Of a stretch of DNA of 64,000 bases, positions 38,943 through 49,449 are shown one piece after another. The DNA lies in the NCBI GenBank assembly GCA_951406725.2, contig OX597815.1, forward strand, positions 101,060,001-101,124,000. Direction: 5' to 3'. The notes under the pieces were generated by a model. It was not told where the DNA came from and made no database searches. It was given only the letters and a program-made list of their open reading frames with translations. Origin of the DNA: Octopus vulgaris (taxonomy: Eukaryota). Position 1 is the stretch's first letter. Each line of letters begins with the position of its first letter. A program made the position numbers and the translations under genes.

Positions 38943-40842
38943 CTATGAAGAGAAATGTGAAGAAAATATTACAACCGATAGTAACGTACAATAAAGATTG
39001 TTACAAAGTATCTTAATTTAGGCTCAGGCAGGTTGGCTGATTAACTAATAATGGGAGTTTAAGTAAGAGAGAAGATGACAAACTGAAGTTGTTCAGCTCC
39101 AGATCAGCATTGACTGACCTGATCTTTGATCAAAGGTATTCCAGTCATGACAATCACTTTTTTATATATCTAAAACCATACTGTTCAATGTATCCTTCTT
39201 TATTTAAGACAGTAAGATGTGATTTTGCTACTATTTCAAGCAGACCATGTGACTAGGTAGAGCCTCCATCAATAGAAGGACATAGCAGTGAGTTTGTCCA
39301 ACTCAAACATAAACTTTTGTTTTAATTCATCATCATCGTTTAACATCCGCTTTCCATGCTAGCATGGGTTGGACGATTTGACTAAGGACTGATGAACCAA
39401 ATGGCTGCACCACCAGGCTCCAATCAGATTTGGCAGACTTTCTACAGCTGGATGCCCTTCCTAACGCCAACCACTCCAAGAGTGTAGTGGGTGCTTTTAT
39501 GTGTCACTGGCACGAGGGCCAGTCAAGCAGTACTGGCAATGCCCATGCTCAAATGGTGTTTTTTATGTGCCACCTGCACAGGGGCCAGTCCAGTGGCACT
39601 GGCAACAACCTCGCTTGAATGTTCTTTTCACGTGCCAGTAAAGCGACACTGGTAATGATCACGCTTGAATGGTGTTTTTTACGTGCCACCGACATGGAAG
39701 CCAGTTTGCTGCTCTGGCAACGATCATGCTCTTAGCGCTCCACTAGCACAGATGTCAATCATCGAATTTGATTTCGATTTCAATCCTAACTATTCATATT
39801 CTTATTTCTGCAAAACACACAATCTGCTGATCATGTGAATTTGCTTCTGTGATTAATGTCAAACTCCTGTAGGAAGTCCAGCTGTTCCACACTGACATTT
39901 GTTTCAACATTCTGCTTATTGTCAACTCTAATCCAGATGGAACTCCTTTCTGCTAAGTCATTTCTGATTCAAGTAATTTGATACCGAATTAGATGTAAAA
40001 GATCAACAACATAAACTAGCTTTCAATCTGATATGGATAATTCTCTGGTGTTATTTCATTATTACACTTATGTCTTAGAAAAAGACAGAATATTGAATGT
40101 TATCCTAAATATTTTAAGTCTGGATAAAAAGATGGGATAATTAGAGGCAGGTAGAAGAATGGCTTTAACTCTTCATCATTTAAAATGGCTATATACAGTT
40201 CAAATATTCTACTTGTTTTAAGATAAAACTAACCAGATCAGGCCTCTCACACTGACCCTGCAATGTCATTCTGAAAATAAACGATCATATCTTTGAAATA
40301 TCTAAACTGAAAATAATACAGGATTAATTTTATAAAATGTGATTAAATAAATATTATACCTGACAGAGTAAGCTGAATACTAAATGGTTAAATCATAATT
40401 TACATAATGTAAAAGATGGAAAAAAAGAAAATAATCAAAAGGAAGCCTGATGGATTCACTCTTTGTCTTTCAATTCCATCACATATGTTTTATGTAGTAA
40501 TGGAGATGAGGGTTTTCCAGCTTATGGTTTTTGAGATCTTGGTGGGTATTGGGCTAGTGACAAGAGAGTTTTTCATTTCATTGGTGACCTGCATCACTGA
40601 CATATCAGATGATACCTAGGAGATTGCCTGGCTATTCTATGCACCTCAGCCTTACAACCATCCACTGTAATGCCATTAATGTTTTAGAGAAAAATAGCAG
40701 TTACTTCTCATAAGATGTATAAATTAGATGGAATCGCATACCTCTATTTTGATTATTTATTCTGCTGTTTCCCTTTTCTTTTGTTACTTCCTGTTTTTTT
40801 ACTGTTTTGTAAATTACATTGATTTTCACTGTTGATTTTATA

Positions 40843-43178
40843 TATGTGGTCAATCAATAGGTATCCAAACTGTTGCTGCAGTAATGAAGCTAAAGCACAC
40901 AATGTAAAGCTACTTGGTACAGAATGACCTTAAACTCCGCTGTGCATGTGCACTAAGTTTTAACATTCTAGCTCACCTCTGCTGTTTACAGCAGTGCTTG
41001 GAAGGGAGGTGTGTAGTGTGTGATTGTCGCATTGACCACGACAGAGAGAATTGAGCAGAGAATCTGCATCAAATTCTGCCAAAAGCTTGGCGATACCTGC
41101 CTAGAAACCCTACGCAAAGTTTTCAAAAAGTTTTCGTTCTCGGAAATCTTGTGCAACTGAAACCTGTGTGTCCTTTTGGTCAGCTGAAAGCAGTTTTGAC
41201 ACAAACTTGGCAGACACACGTCTCATACCCAAATCTTCAATGATAATGGACTGAACTGAATCACAACTAATCTGCACATTCTCTGATAACTCACGGATGG
41301 TAATTCAATGATTTCCCCTCAAAGCTGCGATGTTTTTCTCAGTTCTGCTGGTTAGTTAGTTAGTTAGTTAGTTAGTTAATTTGGCTCAAAAGCAAATAGC
41401 AAGGCCATGTAGGGGGACATGGAGTTAAGTACAGGGTGGTGTTCATGTAAAGAGTTCAGGCCACTTGAGGTCCAGGGAGGCTTTGAACAAAGCGGTCGTC
41501 GGCATCTTCACCATCTCGTCTGGCAGCTTGTTCTACGGATCCGCAACCCGGACGGAGAAAGCTCCTCTCCTTCGATTGAGATGAAATCGTCGCAGGTAGA
41601 GCTTTTCGGAATGACCCCGCAGCCGACGCTCCGGAGCAGGAGTGAAGAACAGCTCTTTCGAGAGGTTACACTTCCCGCTTATGATGTTGTGGGCAAGAAT
41701 GAGATCACCACGGCGGCGGCGTTTTCAAGAGAATAAAGGTCGAGCGTCCTCAGCCTTTCTTCGTAGGACAAATTTTTGAGACCATGAACCATGCGGGTAG
41801 CCAGCCTCTGGACTCTTTCGAGATGCTGCATGTCTTTGAGGAGATAAGGAGAAGAGGCTTGAATCCCATACTCCAATATGGGTCTCACCAGCGTGACATA
41901 GAGTGGTAGGAATATGGCTGCTGTGAGCATTCCGAATGACCGTCGAATCAAAAACAGAATTCGGCGCGCTTTGTTGGCAGCATGGACGCACTGGGCCGAA
42001 GGCGAAAAGGAGGAATCCACCAAGATACCCAGGTCCTTTACCTGATCGGTCCTCTCCAGCAGCAGACGACCCGGCTCGAAATCAAGTTGAGTTGCAGGAG
42101 TAGAGCCGACAGGCAGATGACAGCACTTTGACACGTTCAGACACAGGTCCCAATCGTTAGACCACTTCCAAATTTGGTGGAGGCATCGACGAAGATCCTC
42201 TATACTACCGCGAGGAGCGACCAGTTTGATATCGTCGGCAAATAGAAGGGTGTGTTGCGTGAGGTCGTCGGGCAAGTCATTTATGAAGACTAAGAACAAC
42301 AAGGGCCCAAGCACTGAACCTTGAGGCACGCCACTGCTCGCACTGGAGACGTCGGACCGCGAACCATTAACTTGAACTTGGAAGGAGCGATCTGAGAGGA
42401 AGGCACCAACCCATCGTACAATATCCGGATGGAAACTATATGCTTGAAGCTTGACAAGTAGTAGGCGTGGTTTACTGAGTCAAAAGCTTTGGCAAAGTCC
42501 AATAAAACGATGTCAACAGCATCACTATCATCGAGGATGCGCGTCACCAATTCTTCCATTACTAGTAAGTTGGTCAAGCATGATCTCTTCGGCACGAAGC
42601 CGTGTTGGGAACCAGTGATCGAGGCTGTGTTTAGGAGGTGGAGCATCATACTTTTCTTAAGGATGGTTTCGAACATCTTGCTGATTATTGATGTAAGGGA
42701 AACCGGTCGGTAGTTAAGCGGGTCTTCGCGGCTCCCTTTCTTGAAAATTGGGCAGATTATCGCTGTTCTCCAGTCTGCAGGTATAACACCCGTCGCCAAT
42801 GACATATTGAATAGTTGTGGTTGCAAGTCTCCCAGAACGTTTGTCAATATCGTCATTTTTTGGCCATCTTGGAAATGTCTGAACCATTTGTACACTCGCG
42901 TGCGGCTCATACGTCCCACTCCATACACTTTCTGCAACTTTGAATGAGCCTCTGAGCATGTATCGCCATGACAACTTTCTCTGTCATGGTCAATGCGACA
43001 GTCACATGCTACACACGTTCCTTCCAAGCACTGCTGTGAGCAGCAGAAGCGAGCTAGAACGTTAAAACTTAATGCGCATGCACAGCACATGGTCAATCTT
43101 TGCCAAGCGACTCTACTCTGCATGCTTTAGCTTCGTTACTATAGCAACAGTCCGGACACTCATTGATCAGACCTCATA
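40843..43178. mobile_element. mariner-derived element made of two inverted 5' ends, interrupted by a CR1
   Basis: Matching TIRs at both ends. The HTH start (EQRICIKFCQKLGDTC) reads on + near 41040. GDTCSEA..VYKWFRHF and LGMRRVSAKFVSKLL read on -. Confidence 0.8.
41350..42812 (-). mobile_element. CR1-clade LINE, second family, 5'-truncated, (CTAA)n tail
   Basis: NYRPVSLTS, LDFAKAFDSV, PQGSVLGPLLF, FADDIKLV, VRPILEY. Confidence 0.93.
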
Positions 43179-43598
43179 TAGATAAATTCTAGATTTCACT
43201 ACACTTAATTACTTGTGTTTATTATTGATAATTTAGTTGAAAATCTATGCAAACGTTGAAGTTTACACACACCTTTTTGGTTGATTGAGTGTCAAGGCAC
43301 TTAAGTTAAATATCTAGATTGGTTATTCATAGATTATGAGATGAAATACACTGCCACAGTTTCCATGTGTTTCTGGCTAAAATACTTTATTCTATCAGTT
43401 TACTTAGCTGTTAGGTCAATAGAAATAGTTATTAGATTACATGGAGAATGTTACCAGGAAAATTTACCTCATATCCACTAGTCACTTCTAAAACGAAAAA
43501 TCACCTGAATACAAAATATAAACATGCAAATATAGTGATTATACAAAAAGTTGCTGAATCAGAAAACGGTAATTTATGTTGCTTTAGCCATAACATAC

Positions 43599-43728
43599 CT
43601 GATTCATCCTTTTTCTTTCGAATCTCTACTTCGGATACTTTACCAAAATGTTTGAACCTATCTTTAATTTCACATTCCGTCACATTATCAAAAAGTCCAC
43701 CAATAAATAGTCGCTTCGGCTCTTCCAT
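43599..43728 (-). CDS. NOL8: NOL8 N-terminal-half gene, coding exon 1 (RRM, RNP2 LFIGGL)
   Basis: MEEPKRLFIGGLFDNVTECEIKDRFKHFGKVSEVEIRKKKDES|gtatgt, resembling NOL8 KRLYVGGL...FSRFGEVSDVEI. The ATG lies 2 nt after a possible acceptor (ttttcgtag). Confidence 0.88.
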
Positions 43729-44200
43729 ATCTACGAAAATCGGACATTCAGCAAGGTTACACTAAAGAACATTGAATTTATATATATATATAAAGATATT
43801 TAGAACTATTGCGATATTTTCATGTCAACATAGATATAAAACTCAGACCACGTGTTTCATTATCTCCCTTGTTTAAGCGGTGCCAGGAAATAGTTGTCCC
43901 TGGTGGATTAAAATTTTACTTAAATAAGTTACTTTAGGATAAAACAGAAGTCTGAGGAAATTACTGGTGGTCTCCGTCGGCAACAATTAGTGAGAAGAAT
44001 TCGTAAGTTCACTGACTGGACGGAGTTAAGAATCTAACTAACGTACACCTGAAAAGTGTGAAGAGAGTGAGAAAGTGTCGCTTGTGTTGTGGACCAATAT
44101 AATAGCGTAGCACCATGTGTTTCTACTAATTACAAATCGAAACGTGTCTGAAAGTTTTCATTCCTGAAAATAATTGACGTAAGTTTTTGTTTGGGTTTAT
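43729..44200. promoter_or_regulatory. putative bidirectional promoter / 5' UTR exons between the divergent genes
   Basis: Locally CpG-retaining sequence, E-box CACGTG at 43849-43854, and plus-strand donor-like GTAAGT at 44003 and 44179. Confidence 0.55.
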
Positions 44201-44230
44201 TAATGATAAAAAGTAAACGTCTATATATTT

Positions 44231-44571
44231 GCAGCGTGGAAGGTGTTTGTAAGCCATTTAAAAAACACACAAAAGCCGTTCGATTCACTTCAACATTTAA
44301 GTTTAATTTGTCAAAATATTTTTGTCGCTATAAGACCGCGACCTGTTCACTGACAAAAATCCGTGCTGCATCTTGGATTTTTGTCAGTGAACAGGTCGCG
44401 GTGTTATAGCGACAAAAATATTTTGACAAATTAAACTTAAATGTTGAAGTGAATCGAACGGCTTTTGTGTGTTTCTTAAATGGCTTACAAACACCTTCCA
44501 CGCTGCAATTGTTTTCGTTCCAGCACACGATCTCAGATCAAATCACTTGCTATGCGAGTACATCTCCGTAA
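44231..44571 (+). mobile_element. fold-back Penelope-like insertion with 12-bp TSD and variant hammerhead motif
   Basis: 134-bp arms 44229-44362 / 44375-44508 with 2 mismatches. GTCTATATATTT occurs at 44219-44230 and 44572-44583. Confidence 0.7.
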
Positions 44572-45851
44572 GTCTATATATTTAATATCATTTAATTACA
44601 ATTGGTGAATACTATTTGAAAATGTTATCTCGAACATTCGAAAACATTTTTTCCGTAATCTTTTGACTTCATATTTTTCCATTTCATCAAATAGTAATAC
44701 TATTGATCACTTATATTCAATTAACAATGATATTTAATATAATCAGTTTTATGCGATCAAGAAATATTATATATTAAAAGAATAGTGTGTTGAAATGCTC
44801 TTATTACTGAGAACTAGATTTTAAATCAATAAACACATGTTGAATTTCTGTCAACGCATAGATGTTTTCATTATGGAAGTTGAAAACTTATTGGAGACTA
44901 TGTCTGAGAGGTACTGCATTCTAGACAGTTTCTTATAAGTTTGTATATCGAAATAATTTTTAATTATAATTTAAGAATGTATGATCCGTGGAAAATATGG
45001 TTGTCATTTCTAGCAAATCGAGCGACGACACAAAAACAACAGATTGTTATTTAGTCCTAGATCTACTCTGTCCATCTTGTCTTTTTGTACATCAGGAATT
45101 ATATTGCCTGATATAGTACTTATTAATACTTGTTTTATTTTTTTAAGTCTAGAGGAATGGACAGTGCTCGTGGTTTCCTAGACCGGTGAGAGTGATGTTA
45201 TTAATGTTCTCGAACTGTTGCTAGTCAACAACTGCGTGAAAGACAAGAATTGTGAAATAGTAATTAGTATGGAGCATTGGGTGTCGGACATAACAGTGAT
45301 GAGAAGAGGAAGACGAGTGGACCAAGAGCCCAGCCAGCACTGAGGAGCAAGGCCATAACAGTAGCGGTAGAAAATGCCAATAGAAGAGACAATGCGTCTG
45401 TGGTCTTGAGGCTAGGATACTCCAGCGAGTGACTTAATGCTTTTTAGTTGTGTGGTATTTTTTTTGGATGCTGTCAAAAATTAGAACAATATAATTAGAG
45501 GTAAAAATTAAACTTTGAGCCAGAGTTTTATGCTCTTTAAAGGGGTTATAAAATGTTCAAAATATAGTCTTTGTGTAGAGAAGAAATGATTATATGGATC
45601 ATTGGTTCAGTTATGTTTAAGGGGTGTTTGATTATTTTCTTTCTAAAATTTCAGAAATCAGAGTCAAGTGGTAATTATATGAATCTGTGAGGTTCATGAT
45701 TGGTTCAATTTAAATTTGAACCTGTGTGGTTCACAGTAATTCCAACTTAAGTTTAACTCTGTATGGTTCATGAAAAGATCAACTTCGATAAATGTTTTAG
45801 TGAATGTTTTAAAAATATATGAATTAAAAAAAAAACCCAAATAAATGTTTG

Positions 45852-46500
45852 CATTATTTACATTATTTACATTTGACGGATATTCGTCCGTTACTTAGCG
45901 GTTCGGCAAAAGAGACCGATAGAATAAGTACTGGGCTTTCAAAAGAATAAGTCCCGGGGTCGAGTTGCTCGATTAAAAAGGCAGTGCTCCAGCATGGCCG
46001 CAGTCAAATGACTGAAACAAGTAAAAGAGTAAAAGAGTAAAAAGAGAGAGAGATCTTGTTTGTTAACATTTCAGCTGATACACCCTCCTGCCTTCATCAG
46101 GCGTCTTGGGGAAATTTCAAACCTGGGTAATTCCTAAGGTATTTTTCGATGTTATTATTTTTCTTATTCAGGTCACTGCCTGGAATCAAACTGGAATCTT
46201 TGGGTTAGTAGCCCGCGCTCTTAACCACTACGTCATATACCCCTGGCGTAGTGGCTAAGAGTGCTGGCTACTAACCCAAAGATTCCGATTTTGATTCCAA
46301 AATAATAATAATAATAATAACATCGAAAAATACCTTAGGGATGAGTACCCAGGTTCGAAATTTCCCCAAGGCACCTGATGAAAGCTGGAGGGTATATCAG
46401 CTGAAATGTTGTGTTAACAACAAACAAGATGACAAATATCCATCAAATGTAAATAATGAAAATAATGTACATAATTTCTCATCTCTTAAATATAGAATTG
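45852..46500. mobile_element. palindromic tRNA-headed, hammerhead-containing retroelement (left arm interrupted by SINE tail 45889-46050)
   Basis: Inverted arms centred near 46238. Each arm has a tRNA-like A/B-box head, an (AAT)n-like tract and a CTGATGA...GAAA motif. Confidence 0.7.
46370..46415 (+). ncRNA. minimal type I hammerhead ribozyme motif
   Basis: GGCAC-CTGATGA-A-AGCTG-(loop)-CAGCT-GAAA-TG-TT-GTGTT. Stems I and II pair, and both core boxes are intact. Confidence 0.72.
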
Positions 46501-46590
46501 TAAATAAATGTTTATTTGATTATATTTCTATTCAGTGAAATCTATTTTTTTTATTCAGGAATTGTTGAAACAAAATAAGAAAGGAGTAGT

Positions 46591-46661
46591 ATGACGATAA
46601 TGGATATTTTGTCATCAGATGATGAAAAAAATTTGGCTAAGTCAAAGCAGAAAACATCCAA
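46591..46661 (+). CDS. NOL8 C-terminal-half-like gene, first coding exon (exon begins 46559)
   Basis: ttattcag| acceptor, in-frame TAA upstream of the ATG, MTIMDILSSDDEKNLAKSKQKTS|gtaaat, phase 2. Confidence 0.7.
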
Positions 46662-47896
46662 GTAAATGTTCTATTTCTTTTTATTATTAATATCCTTTGT
46701 ACTGGAGGCACAAGGCCTCAACATTTTTGGGGAGGGGCTAGTTGATTACATGAACCCCAGTGTTTCACTGGTACTTAATTTATTGACCCTGAAAGGATGA
46801 AAGGCAAAGTCAAACTCGGTGGAATTTGAAATGGAATGTAGCTGTGTGTGAAATACCACTAAGCATTTTGTTCGGTGTGCTAAAGATTCTGTCAGCTCAC
46901 TGCCTCCTAATTATAATATTGGTTTCAAATTTTTGGCCTAAGGCCAGCTATTTCAAGGAAGAGGGTGAGTCAATTACATCAACCCCAGTGCTCAAGTGGT
47001 ACTTATTTTATAAGTAGCGACAGACGAAATACTGCTAAGCATTTCACCCGGAGTGCTAACGATTTTGCCAGCTTGTTGCCTTCTTTTTATTATTAATATC
47101 ACCATCTTATTGTATCATTGGTTTCTCCCGAGCTGCAGTTCTTCCTTCACTCTCTTACTACTCAGAACCACTTCATGTGTTATCCTTCATCCATTTATAC
47201 TGTACTCTTCACCCACACTTTCATAGACTACCCATTCCCACTGGGCCACCAAATTGTCTCTCCTTTCCCCCACATCATGCACCTTACCCTCCTCATACAT
47301 TACTCTTCCCTCTCTTGTCCTCATTTACTTCTGCAACCCATCCAACAACATGTCATATCTCCCCCTTTAATCCTCTTGTTTACTGTATCATCATTACTAT
47401 TTCTCCTGTTCTGCACTATCAGACATCACCTGCTCCCTTATTCACTCCTGGCTCCACCGCCTCACTCATTCCTATCCACCTCGTACCTTGAAGAACCACA
47501 CCGGCACCTCATTACCACTATTTTTATCACTTTCAGCTCCACTTGATTACTCCCATCTTCCCTTCTAAAATGGGAGTAATCATATGAAGCTCTTTTGTAT
47601 TAAGAAATATGATCTATCTTGGCCATTTTCCCTCATACCTTATCCCTCCCTACTCCTCATCTCCAATCATAAAGTTGGTTCACTTGGAGGTTTGTAGTCT
47701 TGCAAGCTGCATGACAACCCCAATAGTGCTGGTGGCATGAAAAAGCATCCAGTACACACTTTAAAGTACTTGGTGTTAAGAAGGGCAGTCAGCCTTAGAA
47801 ACCATGGCAAAGCTGATACGAGCTTGTTGCATTCTTTTTACTCATTGGAACACGACATACTGTGCAGTTAGTGTCAGCATGGAACATGGACATTAA

Positions 47897-48580
47897 ATCA
47901 TCATCATCATCGTTTAACATCCGTTTTCCATGCTGGCATAGGTTGGGAGGTTCGACTGGGGTCTGGGAAGCCAGGAGGCTGCACCAAGCACCAGTCTGAT
48001 CTGACAGTGGTTCTACAGCTGGATGCCCTTCCTAACACCAGCCACTCTGAGAGTGTAGTGGGTGCTTTTTACATGCCACTAGCATAGGAGCTAGAGGGGG
48101 CTGGCAACGACTATGATCGGTTGGAAGCCAGCCAAGTTTGGATTGTGTTTTTTACATGCCACCGGCATGGGGATCACAACTACAATTTCCATTTGATTTT
48201 GATGTACTTGACTCAATAGGTCTCCTCAAGCATGGTGAGTGGGCTGGTTATGTGATACTGGTGTAGGTTACAGCTGTGAACTCACTTTATTTGCTGGTTG
48301 TTTTCAGTAACAACATATCTCCAGAGGTCTTGGCCTTTTGTCATTGCCTCAGTGAGGCCCAACGTTCGAAGGTCATGCTTCACCACCTCATCCCATGTCT
48401 TCCTGGGTCTCTCTCTACCCTGGATTCCTTCCGCTGTTTGGGAGTGGCACTTCTTCACGCAGCTCTCCTCATTGGTACATGACCATACCAATGCACATGT
48501 CTCTCTTGCACACTACATCCAATACTTCTTATGTTCAACATTTCTCTCAGGGTGCCTACACTCTGTTGTATGCGCATGAC
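47897..48580 (-). mobile_element. RTE-clade LINE 3' end
   Basis: ORF 48282-48491 CVKKCHS..GRERPRKTWDEVVKHDLRTLGL..DLWR joined to the UTR repeat and (TGA)n. Confidence 0.87.
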
Positions 48581-48786
48581 TATGCAAACAGGGGTCATGT
48601 AATCATCTTCATTCACTGTTATAGCAGCAGCGCATTCAGAGCTGAGTAACTCCTATTCTGTTGTCATTAATTTTTATTATGCTCTGTACTTGCCTAATAC
48701 TTTACTCTAAGGCATTAGTGTATTGAATTCTAACAACTGGTTATTAATATTGCTATGTCTAAGTAAAGTCATAAAATATCTGTATG

Positions 48787-49041
48787 TATTAGGTTGGTGC
48801 ATAATTATTGCGCCTTTTTTTTCAACAAATTTTATTCAACAAAAACAATAATAATATTTAACAAAAACATCTTTAAATGATGGTCTGACCGTCTGCCAAG
48901 CAAATGGGAAGCAGTAATTGAAGTAGATGGTAAATATGCTCCGGAATAATCATTTAAAGATGTTTTTGTTACATGTTGTTATTGATTTTTTTGAATAAAA
49001 TTTGTTGAAAAAAGCCGCAATAATTAAGTAACAACCCAATA
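48787..49041. mobile_element. mariner MITE
   Basis: TIR TATTAGGTTGGTGCATAATT.. / ..ACAACCCAATA with ~100-bp inverted arms. The centre encodes a transposase C-terminus (RLPSKWEAVIEVDGKY). Confidence 0.85.
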
Positions 49042-49341
49042 TGTATGTGTGAGTGAGTGTGTAATCTTGTCTTGATATTATGAGATAATCAGGCATCACC
49101 ATCTTACAGTTTTCTGTGTAAACATATCCATCCATGTGAAAATATTACCTTGTTTGGAGATGTGTAGGTTGGTGACAGGAGGGGCATTTGACTATAGAAA
49201 AATCTCCATCTGATCCATGCAAGTATGGAAAAGTAGATGTTAAAGAAATGATAATGATATCTCAGCCATGTTTATCTGGAGAATTCATCTAAATACAGAA
49301 GTAAAAGTGAAAACCTAATTATCTTTTTCATTATTTTGTAG

Positions 49342-49449
49342 AAATTTGGCCAGCCCTAGAGTAGAGCTTAATCAACAGAATATTGCCCAAAGTTCACAAA
49401 AACGTAAAAGAAAGAAAAAGGAAGCAGCAAAGTCTGAAAAATCATTCAG
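49342..49449 (+). CDS. NOL8-C-like coding exon (basic NLS/NoLS-like KRKRKKK)
   Basis: tttgtag|...|gtaagt, phase 2->2. Confidence 0.8.

Noticed and set aside
41350-41378. (TTAG)n as an interstitial telomere
   Set aside because: It is the microsatellite 3' tail of the adjacent CR1.
42290-43123. 277-aa ORF suggesting a transposase-RT fusion protein
   Set aside because: It is a chance read-through across the junction of a 5'-truncated CR1 inserted in a mariner remnant, and it frameshifts before the RT core.
44831-44938. KHMLNFCQRIDVFIMEVENLLETMSE as a relic of the missing NOL8 DRF.MD.RFLE exon
   Set aside because: The position fits, but the similarity is too weak by eye and the donor phase does not match the next exon. 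It needs a profile search.
34445-47900. Inverted copies of an old pyrimidine-rich repeat (34445-35270 and 47110-47900) as inversion breakpoints
   Set aside because: Both lie inside introns of the respective halves, so they cannot delimit the inferred inversion.
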